The notes: generated by a model not told the origin, from the letters alone. DNA of 64,000 bases from Oceanisphaera sp. (GCA_052106055.1 JBQEBI010000001.1:8019-72018); one strand, 5' to 3'. Shown: positions 43,789 through 55,267, counted from the first letter of the stretch. Numbers and translations are program-made.

Positions 43789-44775
43789 TTAAAACCAAGT
43801 GGTGGCCAGTTGGGTAACCAGAAAGCCGGTGCCCATTAAATGTAAAAATAATATCGCACCCAGTGCCATGGGTTTCCACCCCACCGACTTTAACTCACTT
43901 AAATGGGTGCTTAGCCCCAAAGCGGCCATTGCCATAGTAAGCGCCCAGCTATCTAAATACTTAATGGTGTCTACCCATGCCGTTGGCAGGGAAACGACTG
44001 AATTAATCACCACCACCAAAATAAAACCATACGCAAACCAAGGTTGAGGTGCCCGCACGGCTCCAGCGTCACTGCTACGGCTGAGCCAATGACCTAATAA
44101 TACTAAAACTGGGGCTAGCATCATGACCCGCGTTAACTTGGTGATCACCGCCGTTTGTGCCACATCCGATCCCATGGCTTCGCCGGCTGCGACCACTTGT
44201 GCCACTTCATGTATGGTAGCACCGGTATAAATACCCATGGCGGCTTTGGTCATTCCCAATAAGGGGTATAAAAGCGGGTATATAAACATGGCAAGGGTGC
44301 CAAAAATAACCACAGTGCCCACCGCAACTGTAGTTTGCTGTGGCTTTGCCCGCACTACAGGCTCAGTGGCCAGTACTGCGGCGGCACCACAAATAGCAGA
44401 GCCTGCGCCGACTAATAAGCTGGTGGGGGTGTCTAAGCCTAACCAGCGCTTACCCAACACATAGCCTAGCCCTAGCGTAGAAGCGAGCATAATGACATCC
44501 ACCACCAGTGCGCCGGCACCTACGCTTGCAATATGCTGCACTGTAATGTGAATACCATAAAAAGCGACGCCTAACCGCAGTAGCCTTTTCTTACAAAAAT
44601 CCAGACCGGGTTGCCAGCTGCCATGGGCAAGTTTAGGGATCACGTTGCCCACTACTAAGCCGAGCACAATCGCATAGATAAGCGGACTTATACTGGAGTC
44701 CAGCACTTTAGCCAGCATAATACTGGTGGCAGACAAGGCTACAGCCAGCCCCAAGCCTTTTAACAGTTTAAGCAT
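43789..44775 (-). CDS. YeiH/UPF0324-family membrane protein (putative sulfate exporter family)
   Basis: Polytopic membrane protein, 328 aa from ATG 44775 (AAGGA RBS). N-terminus MLKLLKGLGLAVALSATSIMLAK. Confidence 0.6.
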   Translation of the reverse strand: MLKLLKGLGLAVALSATSIMLAKVLDSSISPLIYAIVLGLVVGNVIPKLAHGSWQPGLDFCKKRLLRLGVAFYGIHITVQHIASVGAGALVVDVIMLASTLGLGYVLGKRWLGLDTPTSLLVGAGSAICGAAAVLATEPVVRAKPQQTTVAVGTVVIFGTLAMFIYPLLYPLLGMTKAAMGIYTGATIHEVAQVVAAGEAMGSDVAQTAVITKLTRVMMLAPVLVLLGHWLSRSSDAGAVRAPQPWFAYGFILVVVINSVVSLPTAWVDTIKYLDSWALTMAMAALGLSTHLSELKSVGWKPMALGAILFLHLMGTGFLVTQLATTWF

Positions 44776-44984
44776 AACGATATTCCTTATTGCAATATGC
44801 AGGCAGTGTATGACGTATAACAAATTAATTAAAATTGAACTTTTTGAGTTTGTTTATCAATTTTACTGATGAAGGAGGGGGGAGCCGTTAACAGAGCGTG
44901 GGGCGTTATGGTAATCTGATGGTGTTAACAGGCTACTGCATAGGTTTTTATACCTAGTTATTTCTGTACTTGGTGGTCTATTTT

Positions 44985-45119
44985 ATGAGTATATTAGAAA
45001 CGTTATTGTGGCAGGTGTGGGATTATTCTGCCATGCCATTGCTTTTTTTATTGGGGTTTATAGGCTTATCAGTGGGTGCCTGCTTGCTGTTGAGTTGGTT
45101 AGGCAAGCGACGATGTTAA
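44985..45119 (+). CDS. possible 44-aa hydrophobic small protein
   Basis: ATG preceded by GGTGG. Translation MSILETLLWQVWDYSAMPLLFLLGFIGLSVGACLLLSWLGKRRC (one TM helix and a basic tail). Below the ORF-track size cut-off. Confidence 0.25.
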   Translation: MSILETLLWQVWDYSAMPLLFLLGFIGLSVGACLLLSWLGKRRC

Positions 45120-45482
45120 CGGCACTTTTATTGACTGAGATCAACGCATGGTCTGCTCACTGACGTATGGTGGAAGAGCGTTAGAAGAAGTCAGTCGTCA
45201 CTAACGTTCTGTTACCTGGTATTATTTGCACTTCAGTTATTTATATGTTTTTCACTGGTCTTTATGGCCAGTTTTTTTTGGCCATTATTCAGGTAAAATA
45301 CACAACTCTAAATGGCCCTCAAGCACTGCCATCCGTGATGTGTTGTATGCTTTACGTAAAGCTGAATGTTCTTTGTTGCTAGTGTATTTGACAAAGAGCG
45401 CAGCCTAACCTTGAGCGCGATGCCCAGCAGGGGTATGATGCCCGCCGTTGAAAATGTCAGGTTCGCCTAAAGTGAGGTGGAG

Positions 45483-45962
45483 ATGAATATCTTTATCATG
45501 CGTCATGGGCAAGCGGTGCCTGAAGCATCTACAGATGCGCTACGCCCGCTAACCGACCAAGGTAAGAGTGAAGTGTGCTTAATGGCAGAGTGGCTTTCCG
45601 CTCAAGTGCCAACGTTTGATTGTGTGCTTGTAAGCCCTTATTTGCGCACTAGTCAAACCTGGCAACAGCTCGCAAAGTATATTCCGGGGGCAGTGATAGA
45701 AAACTGTCGTGAGCTAACGCCAGATGCCGATGCCGATATAGCAGCTAGCTTATTATTGGCTTACGCAGATGTTAGTTCAAACAATAATGTTTTAGTTATC
45801 AGTCACATGCCTATGGTAGGTTTGTTAGTAGAAAGTTTATGCCCAGCGATTATGGCGCCTATTTTTGTGACCTCTGGCATTGCTAAAGTGTCTTTTGGTC
45901 AAGGGCATGGTGGAATATTTGAATGGTTAACTGGGCCGCATAATATTCAAAGCCATTATTGA
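45483..45962 (+). CDS. sixA: phosphohistidine phosphatase SixA
   Basis: MNIFIMRHGQA (RHG motif); ~159 aa; GAGG RBS. Confidence 0.85.
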   Translation: MNIFIMRHGQAVPEASTDALRPLTDQGKSEVCLMAEWLSAQVPTFDCVLVSPYLRTSQTWQQLAKYIPGAVIENCRELTPDADADIAASLLLAYADVSSNNNVLVISHMPMVGLLVESLCPAIMAPIFVTSGIAKVSFGQGHGGIFEWLTGPHNIQSHY

Positions 45963-46019
45963 CCTCATCTTCAAGCATTAAAAAACCAGTAACGCTCCTC
46001 AATGAGGCCTGCTAACAAA

Positions 46020-46053
46020 CAGAGAAGCTAACTGAGTTATTAGCTTCTCTGTA
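46020..46053 (-). terminator. hairpin downstream of smrB
   Basis: acagagaagctaa..ttagcttctctgt stem; T-rich on the minus strand. Confidence 0.45.
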
Positions 46054-46095
46054 CAGGCCAAGCAATAGATCTCGTCCATCAGCACGCTTATTTTT

Positions 46096-46620
46096 TTAAG
46101 GCTCAATTCTTAATAAAACCAACAAAGCGGCGTCGCCACCCCAACCTCGAGTAGCTTGATGAAAAGCTAACACTTGCGGGTGCTGCACTAGCCACATTGG
46201 CAGCTTCTTTTTTAAAATATTTTTACCGTGGCCATGCATAATAGATACACATTGTACGTGCTGGCGCTTAGCGGCTAATAATAAAGCCGAAATTTCTTCT
46301 TTAGCCTGTTCTTGCGTTAGGCCGTGTAAGTCTAAAAAGAACTCGGGGGGATAATCACCGCGGCGTAACTTTTTTAGCTCATAAGCAGAAGTATTAGGCT
46401 CACGATAGCGGGTGGGCCCTTCTTGATCTAAATAAGGTTCATAAACATCAGAAAAAGGGTGCGCTTCGGCCCTATCTTTGCGTACCATTTGCAGCCGTGC
46501 TTTCACCTTGACCGGCGAACGGTGCGGGCTTATGGTATCCTGCTTTAATTTGCGGACACCCTGCACCGCTGCTGTAAAGAGCGCGTGATCATCATCTTCT
46601 GAGAAAGAGGTGGGGGTCAT
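46096..46620 (-). CDS. smrB: Smr-domain endonuclease SmrB
   Basis: MTPTSFSEDDDHALFTAAVQGVRKLKQDT.. and LDLHGLTQEQAKEE..MHGHGK align with E. coli SmrB. Start set at ATG 46620; the ORF-track extension overlaps prmB. Confidence 0.85.
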   Translation of the reverse strand: MTPTSFSEDDDHALFTAAVQGVRKLKQDTISPHRSPVKVKARLQMVRKDRAEAHPFSDVYEPYLDQEGPTRYREPNTSAYELKKLRRGDYPPEFFLDLHGLTQEQAKEEISALLLAAKRQHVQCVSIMHGHGKNILKKKLPMWLVQHPQVLAFHQATRGWGGDAALLVLLRIEP

Positions 46621-46680
46621 GAGTGTAATTCCGTAATATCTGATTATCAAAAATAGCCATCTTAACGAGGCGGAGGGGTT

Positions 46681-47601
46681 TTGGACACGCTTTTTAATGA
46701 AGAAGCACTCATAGAGCTGCACACAATAGGCGACTGGCTGCGTTATTCCGTGAGTCACTTTCAACAAGCTGGCCTGTTTTATGGCCACGGCACCGATAAT
46801 GCATGGGACGAAGCCGTGCAATTAATCTTGCCCTTACTGCACCTGCCACAAGGGTGTCCGCCACAAATTCAAAACGCTCGTTTGCTAACCCAGGAGCGGG
46901 CTTTATTATTCGATGCCCTAAAACTGCGCGTTGAGCAGCGTATTCCTACGCCCTATATTACCCATACCGCTTGGTTTGCCGGGTATGAGTTTTATGTAGA
47001 CGAGCGTGTGCTTATTCCCCGCTCCCCTATAGCCGAGTTAATTGACGCGCGCTTTGCCCCTTGGCTAGCACTGGAGCCTAAGCGTATCATGGACTTGTGC
47101 ACAGGTTCAGCCTGTATTGCTATTGCACTCGCGCACAGCTTTCCTGATGCAGAAGTGGATGCGCTCGATATCTCTCGTGATGCGTTAGATGTGGCAGAAA
47201 TCAACATTCATAACCACGGGCTAGAGCACCAAGTCACGCCCATTGAGTCTGATATTTTTTCGGCACTGCTCAGTGGCGATAAATATGATTTAATTGTGGT
47301 CAATCCACCCTATGTGGATGAAGAAGACATGAGTGACCTGCCTGAAGAGTTTCAGCACGAGCCAGAGCTGGCATTAGCATCAGGGTTTGATGGTCTCGAT
47401 TTTACACGCCGGTTACTGGCTCAGGCCTGCGACTTTTTATCAGACGATGGCCTGTTAGTACTTGAAGTGGGCAATAGCCAAGTTCATATGCAAGAGGCTT
47501 ATCCAGACTTGCCCCTAACCTGGATTGATTTTGAGCATGGTGGTCATGGTGTGTGTGTGATCAATCGTCGTGATTTAGCGCCATTTCAGCAACAGTTTTA
47601 A
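46681..47601 (+). CDS. prmB: ribosomal protein L3 glutamine N5-methyltransferase PrmB
   Basis: GHGTDNAWDEAVQL and NPPY motif (VVNPPYV). TTG start preceded by GGAGGGG. Confidence 0.9.
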   Translation: MDTLFNEEALIELHTIGDWLRYSVSHFQQAGLFYGHGTDNAWDEAVQLILPLLHLPQGCPPQIQNARLLTQERALLFDALKLRVEQRIPTPYITHTAWFAGYEFYVDERVLIPRSPIAELIDARFAPWLALEPKRIMDLCTGSACIAIALAHSFPDAEVDALDISRDALDVAEINIHNHGLEHQVTPIESDIFSALLSGDKYDLIVVNPPYVDEEDMSDLPEEFQHEPELALASGFDGLDFTRRLLAQACDFLSDDGLLVLEVGNSQVHMQEAYPDLPLTWIDFEHGGHGVCVINRRDLAPFQQQF

Positions 47602-47622
47602 TTATTTAAAAGGAAATCACTT

Positions 47623-48708
47623 ATGGCAGGGAACAGTATTGGTACCCTTTTTCGAGTTTCAACTTTTGGTGAAAGCCATGGCATTGCCTTAGGTGCCGTG
47701 GTAGATGGCGTGCCGCCGGGCATTGAGCTGTGCGAAGCTGATTTGCAACATGATCTTGACCGGCGCAAGCCCGGCACATCGCGCTTTACTACCCAGCGCC
47801 GAGAAGGGGATGTGGTTAAAATTTTAAGTGGCGTATTTGAAGGTAAAACCACGGGCACCTCTATTGGCTTATTGATTGAAAATACCGATCAACGCTCTAA
47901 AGATTACTCCAATATTAAAGACTTGTTTCGCCCAGGACATGCCGATTATACCTACCATCAAAAATACGGTATTCGTGATTACCGTGGTGGTGGCCGCTCT
48001 TCTGCCCGCGAAACCGCCATGCGCGTTGCCGCAGGAGCGATTGCCAAAAAGGCTTTGGCCAAGTACGGCGTGGCTATTTTTGCCCACCTAACGCAACTGG
48101 GCCCGATTAAAGCTGAAGCGTTTGATAAAAGCCTGATTGAAACCAATCCGTTCTTTTTTGCTGATGCCGATAAGTTAGGCGATCTTGATCAATACATGCG
48201 CGACTTGAAAAAAGAAGGCAACTCCATTGGTGCCAAGATTCAAGTGGTGGCACAAGGTGTGCCGGTTGGGTTAGGTGAGCCAGTCTTTGATCGCCTTGAT
48301 GCCGATATTGCCCATGCGCTGATGGGCATTAATGCGGTAAAAGGTGTTGAAATAGGCGACGGCTTTGATGTTATTGAGCAAAAAGGCTCTGAACACCGTG
48401 ACGAAATGCAACCCGACGGCTTTGCCAGTAACCATGCCGGCGGCATTTTAGGCGGTATTTCAAGTGGCCAAGACATAGTGGCCAGCATAGCGCTTAAACC
48501 GACCTCTAGCATTACCGTACCAGGGCAAACCATTGATACCCAAGGTGATGCAGCTGAGTTGGTGACCCGTGGCCGCCACGACCCTTGTGTGGGCATTCGT
48601 GCGGTGCCCATTGCTGAGGCCATGTTGGCCATTGTGTTGCTAGATCACTTAATGCTAAATCGGGGCCAAAACGCAGACGTGTTCACCCAAACCCCTAAAC
48701 TGCGCTAA
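47623..48708 (+). CDS. aroC: chorismate synthase
   Basis: [20 protein letters not shown]..; 361 aa. Confidence 0.97.
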   Translation: MAGNSIGTLFRVSTFGESHGIALGAVVDGVPPGIELCEADLQHDLDRRKPGTSRFTTQRREGDVVKILSGVFEGKTTGTSIGLLIENTDQRSKDYSNIKDLFRPGHADYTYHQKYGIRDYRGGGRSSARETAMRVAAGAIAKKALAKYGVAIFAHLTQLGPIKAEAFDKSLIETNPFFFADADKLGDLDQYMRDLKKEGNSIGAKIQVVAQGVPVGLGEPVFDRLDADIAHALMGINAVKGVEIGDGFDVIEQKGSEHRDEMQPDGFASNHAGGILGGISSGQDIVASIALKPTSSITVPGQTIDTQGDAAELVTRGRHDPCVGIRAVPIAEAMLAIVLLDHLMLNRGQNADVFTQTPKLR

Positions 48709-48865
48709 ATAAGGCCAAGTGGGAGCGGGAAGCTAAGCCGTCAGATAAAACTAAATATCTGACTTGAGGAGGCCGTAACCGCCGGTTGTGGCTTCTTCTA
48801 TTAGCTCTCTTACTTCGAGCTTCCAGCTTCCAGCTGCTCTTATTCTTAATATTAAAGGCCGTGTA

Positions 48866-49393
48866 ATGTCATTTTGCTATTCTGATCTGATAGCGGTGTT
48901 TAACCACTGTTTTGCTAACAGTCATAATACGCGCTTGGTGCGCGGTCATGATGAGCCTATTTACTTGCCGGCTGATCAAGACTGTGATTACCATCGCATT
49001 GTGTTTGCCCATGGTTACTTTGCCAGCGCTTTACATGAAATGGCCCATTGGCTGATGGCCGGTGAGGCACGTCGGCTGCAAGAAGATTATGGCTATTGGT
49101 ATTGCCCAGATGGCCGAGATGATGTCCAGCAGCATGAATTTGAAACGGTAGAAATTAAGCCTCAAGCCATTGAGTGGGCATTGTCATTGTGCTGCGGTTT
49201 TCACTTTAATGTGAGTTGTGACAATCTAAATGGCACAGTAGAGCCAGATCGCCACCAGTTTAAAGCTTTGGTACATGCGCAAGCATTAAACTACGTACAT
49301 GGTGGGTTTAATGTGCGAACCCAACAGTTAATGTCTGCGCTACAAGCCCATTATGGCCAAGCTGCGTTAACAGCCGAGCACTTCATTCTCTAG
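48866..49393 (+). CDS. epmC: elongation factor P hydroxylase EpmC (YfcM)
   Basis: NTRLVRGHDEPIYLPAD..IVFAHGYFASALHEMAHW..YWYCPDGRD aligns with E. coli YfcM. Start at ATG 48866. Confidence 0.85.
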   Translation: MSFCYSDLIAVFNHCFANSHNTRLVRGHDEPIYLPADQDCDYHRIVFAHGYFASALHEMAHWLMAGEARRLQEDYGYWYCPDGRDDVQQHEFETVEIKPQAIEWALSLCCGFHFNVSCDNLNGTVEPDRHQFKALVHAQALNYVHGGFNVRTQQLMSALQAHYGQAALTAEHFIL

Positions 49394-49633
49394 CAGGGCT
49401 GGGGGCTAAAAATTTTGTTTGGCAATGAGAACAGTTTCTATCAGCAGATTGATTGTAAATCCTGTAAACTGCACAGCACTAGATAAGTAGCCCAAGCTAC
49501 ATTGTCTAACAGAATGAAAACTTTAAATTTAACCCTAATAAGCCCGAGCGTCACGGCATCGGCCAAGTGGTGCTTGTTACTGGTTTAACAACACAGTTAT
49601 GGGCGGGTGACACCTGGGATATGAGGCGTAATC

Positions 49634-49927
49634 ATGAATATTTTTGAATTTGAACGGCTTTTGCTAACCGATATTGATGACAGCATTGCTACAGCAACGG
49701 AAGATCAACTTTTTGCTGGTGGGTATTTGCGTGGGCACATTACATTATCAGTTGCGCAGTGCGAAATAGACGGTCGTAATCACGTGCGAGATGTAAAAGC
49801 ACGGGTTAACAGCAGCCTAAACCAAGCTATTTTAAACGGCGAACTCAATAGTGCAGATCAAGCTTTGGTCGAATCTTTTTGGGCAGAGTTAATCACCAAA
49901 GTTGAGCAAGCCAGCACAGTCGAATAA
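49634..49927 (+). CDS. yfcL: YfcL-family protein
   Basis: DQLFAGGYLRGHITLSVA..GELNSADQALVESFW parallels E. coli YfcL; synteny with epmC. Confidence 0.75.
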   Translation: MNIFEFERLLLTDIDDSIATATEDQLFAGGYLRGHITLSVAQCEIDGRNHVRDVKARVNSSLNQAILNGELNSADQALVESFWAELITKVEQASTVE

Positions 49928-49997
49928 TTACGGTAGGTAGATAACAGATACGTGACTGTTAGGATACTGCGCCCTAAAAGCGCGATGTTAGCAATAT

Positions 49998-50021
49998 AAA
50001 AGGAGCCTTGCGGCTCCTTTT
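49998..50021. terminator. bidirectional terminator (yfcL / cysNC)
   Basis: aaaaggagcc-ttgc-ggctcctttt. Confidence 0.8.
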
Positions 50022-50045
50022 GCTATATTACCTATATCACACGAC

Positions 50046-51965
50046 TTAGCCGTGAATAATGCCACGCTTGCGTAACTCTGCTATTACTATATCAGCGGCT
50101 TCATCGGCACTGAGCTTAGCGGCATCTAAATGAATTTCAGGTGCTTCTGGGGTTTCATAGGCCGAGTCGATACCGGTAAAGTTTTTCAACTCACCGCGGC
50201 GCGCCTTCTTATATAAGCCCTTTACATCACGCTCTTCGGCAATGGCTAACGGCGTATCAACAAACACCTCAATAAACTCACCTTCAGCTAATTGTTCGCG
50301 GGCCATACGGCGCTCGGCTTTAAACGGCGAAATAAACGCGGTGAGTACAATTAAACCGGCATCAACCATTAACTTAGATACTTCACCCACACGGCGAATG
50401 TTTTCTACGCGGTCGGCATCGGTAAAGCCCAAGTCTTTATTTAAGCCGTGGCGTACGTTATCGCCATCAAGCAGGTAAGTGTGATTACCCAAGGCATGCA
50501 GCTTTTTCTCAACCAAGTTGGCAATGGTTGACTTGCCCGCACCCGATAACCCCGTAAACCATAACACGCTTGGCGTTTGGCCTTTGGTTTGTGCTCGGGC
50601 TTCTTTATTCACATCCACATGTTGATAATGAATGTTTTGGCTGCGGCGCAAGGCAAAGTGCAGCATGCCTGCGGCCACTGTGGTGTTGCTTAATCGGTCA
50701 ATTAAAATAAAGCCGCCGGTATCTTTGTTGGTTTTATAATCATCAAAGGCAATGGCACGGTCTAGGCTTAAATTACACACCCCAATACCGTTAAGCTCAA
50801 GTTGCTTAGCCGCAGTGTGTTCTAGGGTATTAACGTTAACCTGATATTTTATGTCGGTAACACTGGCGGTAACGGTTTGGGTACCCACTTTTAGTAAGTA
50901 AGGGCGACCGGGCAGCAGGGCGGCCTCGTTCATCCACACCAGCGTACTTTCAAACTGATCGGCGGTTTCTGCAGGCGCCTGTGCAATAGAAATCACATCC
51001 CCCCGCGAAATATCAATTTCATCTTTCAGTGTTAAGGTCACTGACTGACCAGCAATGGCCTGTTCTAAATCACCGTCGTAGGTGACAATACGCGCCACTT
51101 CACTTTCTTTGCCCGACGGCTGGACGCGAATGCGATCGCCTGGTTTTACCACGCCGCTAGTAATGGTGCCCGAAAAGCCCCGAAAATCGAGATTTGGGCG
51201 GTTAACCCACTGCACCGGCAATCTAAAAGGCGCACTTTGCATATGGGCGTCATTAATTTCGACGGTTTCTAAAAACTCCATCAAGGTGGTACCTGAGTAC
51301 TTAGGCGCAGAATACCAAGGCGTATTGGCACTTTTAGTGACAATATTGTCGCCTTTAAACGCCGATAGCGGCAAATAGGTAACATTTGTTAAGCCTAGCT
51401 GCTCAGCAAACTGGCCGTACTCTGCCACTATTTCGTCAAAACGTGTTTGTGAATAGTCCACCAAGTCCATTTTGTTAATGGCCACTACAATGTTGCGAAT
51501 ACCCAACAAAGACATTAAATAACTGTGGCGACGAGTTTGAGTCAAAATACCTTTGCGAGCATCGACCATTAAAATGGCCGCATCGGCAGTAGAAGCGCCG
51601 GTGACCATGTTACGAGTATACTGCTCATGGCCTGGGGTATCGGCGACAATAAATTTACGCTTTTCAGTGGCAAAAAAACGATAAGCCACATCAATGGTAA
51701 TACCTTGTTCGCGCTCAGCGGCTAAACCATCGACTAACAAGGCAAAGTCCATATCTTCACCTTGGGTACCCCACTTTTGAGAATCCGCTTCCATAGCGGC
51801 TAGCTGATCTTCAAACAGCATTTTAGATTCAAACAACAAGCGACCAATTAAGGTACTTTTGCCATCATCCACACTGCCACAAGTAATAAAACGCAGTAAA
51901 CTCTTGCGCTCATGCGCCTTCAGGTATTCTTCAATATTCGTTTCAAGTAACGTTGTGTCGTTCAT
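50046..51965 (-). CDS. cysNC: bifunctional sulfate adenylyltransferase subunit 1 / adenylylsulfate kinase (CysN-CysC fusion)
   Basis: N-terminal GTPase [23 protein letters not shown], plus a C-terminal APS kinase P-loop [11 protein letters not shown]. 639 aa. Confidence 0.92.
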   Translation of the reverse strand: MNDTTLLETNIEEYLKAHERKSLLRFITCGSVDDGKSTLIGRLLFESKMLFEDQLAAMEADSQKWGTQGEDMDFALLVDGLAAEREQGITIDVAYRFFATEKRKFIVADTPGHEQYTRNMVTGASTADAAILMVDARKGILTQTRRHSYLMSLLGIRNIVVAINKMDLVDYSQTRFDEIVAEYGQFAEQLGLTNVTYLPLSAFKGDNIVTKSANTPWYSAPKYSGTTLMEFLETVEINDAHMQSAPFRLPVQWVNRPNLDFRGFSGTITSGVVKPGDRIRVQPSGKESEVARIVTYDGDLEQAIAGQSVTLTLKDEIDISRGDVISIAQAPAETADQFESTLVWMNEAALLPGRPYLLKVGTQTVTASVTDIKYQVNVNTLEHTAAKQLELNGIGVCNLSLDRAIAFDDYKTNKDTGGFILIDRLSNTTVAAGMLHFALRRSQNIHYQHVDVNKEARAQTKGQTPSVLWFTGLSGAGKSTIANLVEKKLHALGNHTYLLDGDNVRHGLNKDLGFTDADRVENIRRVGEVSKLMVDAGLIVLTAFISPFKAERRMAREQLAEGEFIEVFVDTPLAIAEERDVKGLYKKARRGELKNFTGIDSAYETPEAPEIHLDAAKLSADEAADIVIAELRKRGIIHG

Positions 51966-52018
51966 TTTTTGTCCTTCGCAGCGGTACGCGATACGCCGTA
52001 AGCCGACCGTTAAAACCG

Positions 52019-52378
52019 TTAACTCTCGGCGCTCTGTTCATTGTCTAAACTCGTTATTAACCCATGCAGCATTGCTGAGATGTCACGAGTATCTTGTAAC
52101 CATTGTCGACCTAATAGCTCATCGATATATCCTATATCGATGCCAATATAAATTTGCGTACGTAACTCAGCGCAAGAGCCGCGAGCTATTATCAGAAAAT
52201 GGCGTTTGTCTTTATACGAGAAGCGCGACATACCTTCAGCAATATTACTGGGTATAGAGAGTCCGGAACGTGTTATTTGGCTATGAAAACCAAAGTCCTT
52301 TAACTCTCTTAGTCCCTTGTATAACTCTGCCGATAACCGAGCTGATAGCTTCCATACGCGTAACTTCTCAAAGTTCAT
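52019..52378 (-). CDS. four-helix-bundle protein (23S rRNA intervening-sequence protein family, TIGR02436-like)
   Basis: 119 aa. [48 protein letters not shown] are hallmark segments of this family. Confidence 0.8.
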   Translation of the reverse strand: MNFEKLRVWKLSARLSAELYKGLRELKDFGFHSQITRSGLSIPSNIAEGMSRFSYKDKRHFLIIARGSCAELRTQIYIGIDIGYIDELLGRQWLQDTRDISAMLHGLITSLDNEQSAES

Positions 52379-52457
52379 GCTGTCATTCCCAACTTGCTTT
52401 AACGTGTAACGTAAAGCGTAAGACGTACAGCAGGTTATTTCTACGGCGCTTCGCGCC

Positions 52458-53357
52458 TTAGAAATAACCTTCTTGTTTCTTTTTCTCCATAGACGCAGCT
52501 GAGTCGTGATCGATCATGCGGCCTTGGCGTTCAGAGGTTTTAGTGAGCAGCATCTCTTGAATAATCTCTGGCAAGGTGGTGGCTTGTGACTCAACAGCAC
52601 CGGTCAGTGGATAACAGCCTAGAGTTCTAAAGCGCACATTTTTCATCATGGGCACTTCGCCTTCTTCTAGTGGCAAACGCTCGTCATCTACCATAATCAA
52701 GGTGCCATCACGCTCAACCACTGGGCGAGGTGCTGCTAGGTATAACGGGACAATTGGAATGTTTTCTAAGTGGATATACTGCCAAATATCCAGCTCTGTC
52801 CAGTTAGATAATGGAAAGACGCGCATTGACTCGCCTTTGTGCTTGCGGGCGTTATAGAGCTTCCACAGCTCAGGGCGCTGGTTTTTAGGATCCCAACGAT
52901 GCTGTTCGGTACGAAATGAAAAAATACGCTCTTTAGCACGGGATTTTTCTTCATCGCGGCGCGCGCCGCCAAAGGCGGCATCAAAGCCATACTTATCCAG
53001 CGCTTGTTTTAAGCCTTCGGTTTTAGTGACATCGGTATGAATAGCAGAGCCATGGGTGAAGGGGCTAATGTCTTGTTCAATGGCTTCGGGATTCGTGTGC
53101 ACCAGTAACTTAAGGCCCAGCTTTTCCACCATTTGATCGCGAAAGGTATACATTTCGCGAAACTTAAATCGGGTATCCACATGCAGTAGCGGAAACGGCG
53201 GTAGAGAAGGATAAAAGGCTTTCATGGCCAAATGCAGCATAACAGCGCTGTCTTTACCAATAGAGTAGAGCATAACCGGGTTGTCGGCCTCTGCTACTAC
53301 TTCGCGCATGATGTGAATACTTTCGGCCTCAAGCCGTTGCAGATGTGTCAAGTTCAT
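52458..53357 (-). CDS. cysD: sulfate adenylyltransferase subunit 2
   Basis: [22 protein letters not shown]-reductase-like SIGKDS motif, C-terminal KKKQEGYF. Start at ATG 53357. Confidence 0.93.
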   Translation of the reverse strand: MNLTHLQRLEAESIHIMREVVAEADNPVMLYSIGKDSAVMLHLAMKAFYPSLPPFPLLHVDTRFKFREMYTFRDQMVEKLGLKLLVHTNPEAIEQDISPFTHGSAIHTDVTKTEGLKQALDKYGFDAAFGGARRDEEKSRAKERIFSFRTEQHRWDPKNQRPELWKLYNARKHKGESMRVFPLSNWTELDIWQYIHLENIPIVPLYLAAPRPVVERDGTLIMVDDERLPLEEGEVPMMKNVRFRTLGCYPLTGAVESQATTLPEIIQEMLLTKTSERQGRMIDHDSAASMEKKKQEGYF

Positions 53358-53478
53358 TAGTGATATCACCCTCAATGATGGATTATGCTAATAACTAAAT
53401 GTTCTAGATGATTTATATATCCAGTTTATTTGATATATGGGTACAATGATAGTCCTGCTAAAGAGCGAGTGGTTATAT

Positions 53479-55206
53479 ATGACAGCATATTGGGTATTAG
53501 CATCCATCGGAGTTTTGTTAGCATTGCTTGTCCAAGGTCGTGTGTCTGCGTCTGTGTTATTCACCAGTTGGGCCGTCGGTTTAGTGCTGTTGGGGGTAAC
53601 AGGACAGCAAGCCTTGTTGAGTAGTTTTTCTAATTCGGCCCTTATTACCTTAATCGTACTTATGCTGGTTTCGTTGGCGCTAGAGCGTTCCCCGTTGCTG
53701 GATAATGTATCGAATGCCTTACTTAAAGGCCGAGAGTCGATGGCCAGCTTACGGTTAATGGGGGTAACGGCGTTTTTATCGGCTTTTTTAAATAACACTG
53801 CTGTGGTGGGCTCTTTATTGGGTGTCATTGCGCGCCAGCGGCACATCCCTGCCTCACGCCTGCTTATTCCGTTATCTTATGCGTCTATTTTAGGCGGTAT
53901 TACCACCTTGGTCGGAACATCGACCAATTTGGTGATCAATTCGTTTGTGATCAATGCCGGATTACCGCCTCTGGGCATGTTTGCATTTACCTTGGTTGGC
54001 TTGCCGGTGGCATTAATTTGCATGGGAGGGCTGCTGTTTAGTACTCGTAGTCTTCCTCGGCATCAAGCACTAGATAAAGATGCCGCGCAATCGTATTTTT
54101 TAGAAGCGCAAGTGATGGCCAACTCCCCCCTTATAGGCCAAAGCATAGAAGATAACCAACTACGGCATTTAAATGGCTTATTCTTACTCGAAGTGGTGCG
54201 CCACGACCGATTACTCAGCCCAGTTTCGCCAGACGAAGTGCTAGAGCAGGGCGATATTTTGGTTTTTACCGGTGAAGTGGAAAAGGTACAAGCGCTGCAG
54301 CGTTTTACTGGTTTGCAATTATTTGGCGATCAGGCCGATCGTTTATTGGCTTCTAACTTGGTGGAAGTGGTGATCAGCCATGAGTCTGAATTGCCCAAAC
54401 GTACACTGCGAGAAGTGGATTTTAGAAGCTTATTTAATGCCGGTGTTGTCGGTATTCGCCGTGGTAAGCGGCGCTTAACCGGACAATTAGGGCAGATCCC
54501 GTTGCGTGTGGGTGATAGCTTATTGCTGGCGGTGGGGCCCGATTTTAAAGAGCAGCCTAATATCGACCGTAATTTTCATGTACTCAGTAGTACTTTGCAG
54601 CGCCCTAAGCTGCAAAGACGGCAAAGTTTGCTGTCTTTTTGTGGCTTTGGCGCCGTCATTGCGTTAGCTGCCGCTAATGTGGTGCCGTTATTAAACGGCT
54701 TACTGGTGTTGCTGGCGCTCTTGTTGGTAACGCGGGTGCTAACACTTAGCGAATTACGCCAGCGTTTTCCCTTTGAATTATGGCTTATTATTGGCTCAGC
54801 TCTTACTATTGCCAAGGCGCTAGATAGCTCGGGTGGGGCGCAAGTGATTGCCGATGTGGTGCGCAGCATCTGCAATGGCTACGGCGTATACGGTGCCTTT
54901 ATTGGGGTCTTTGTACTCACCTTAATGCTAACCGAGTTAGTGACCAATAATGCCGCTGCCGCCTTGGTGTTTCCTATTGGCTTATCAACCGCCAGCGCCT
55001 TTGGCGCCGATCCTATGCCTTTTATTATGGCGGTCGCTTTTGGCGCCAGCGCCTGTTTTATTATTCCATTTGGCTATCAAACCCACTTAATGGTTTACTC
55101 ATCGGGGCGTTATCGCATGACCGATTACCTCAAAGCCGGGCTGCCGGTAAGCTTGTTATATTCCATCAGCGTGATCTTATTAGTGCCGCTGGTGTTTCCG
55201 TTTTAG
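53479..55206 (+). CDS. SLC13/DASS-family anion permease with two TrkA-C domains (probable sulfate transporter given cysD neighbourhood)
   Basis: Polytopic termini flank two TrkA_C-like soluble repeats (GQSIEDNQLRHLNGLFLLEVVR.., ..LREVDFRSLFNAGVVGIRRG). Start ambiguous among 53437, 53446 and 53479. Confidence 0.7.
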   Translation: MTAYWVLASIGVLLALLVQGRVSASVLFTSWAVGLVLLGVTGQQALLSSFSNSALITLIVLMLVSLALERSPLLDNVSNALLKGRESMASLRLMGVTAFLSAFLNNTAVVGSLLGVIARQRHIPASRLLIPLSYASILGGITTLVGTSTNLVINSFVINAGLPPLGMFAFTLVGLPVALICMGGLLFSTRSLPRHQALDKDAAQSYFLEAQVMANSPLIGQSIEDNQLRHLNGLFLLEVVRHDRLLSPVSPDEVLEQGDILVFTGEVEKVQALQRFTGLQLFGDQADRLLASNLVEVVISHESELPKRTLREVDFRSLFNAGVVGIRRGKRRLTGQLGQIPLRVGDSLLLAVGPDFKEQPNIDRNFHVLSSTLQRPKLQRRQSLLSFCGFGAVIALAAANVVPLLNGLLVLLALLLVTRVLTLSELRQRFPFELWLIIGSALTIAKALDSSGGAQVIADVVRSICNGYGVYGAFIGVFVLTLMLTELVTNNAAAALVFPIGLSTASAFGADPMPFIMAVAFGASACFIIPFGYQTHLMVYSSGRYRMTDYLKAGLPVSLLYSISVILLVPLVFPF

Positions 55207-55267
55207 CGACTTAGGTTAATGCTGTAAACAGAGTCGATTAATAAGTGCGCAAACAGTTAACCAGAGA

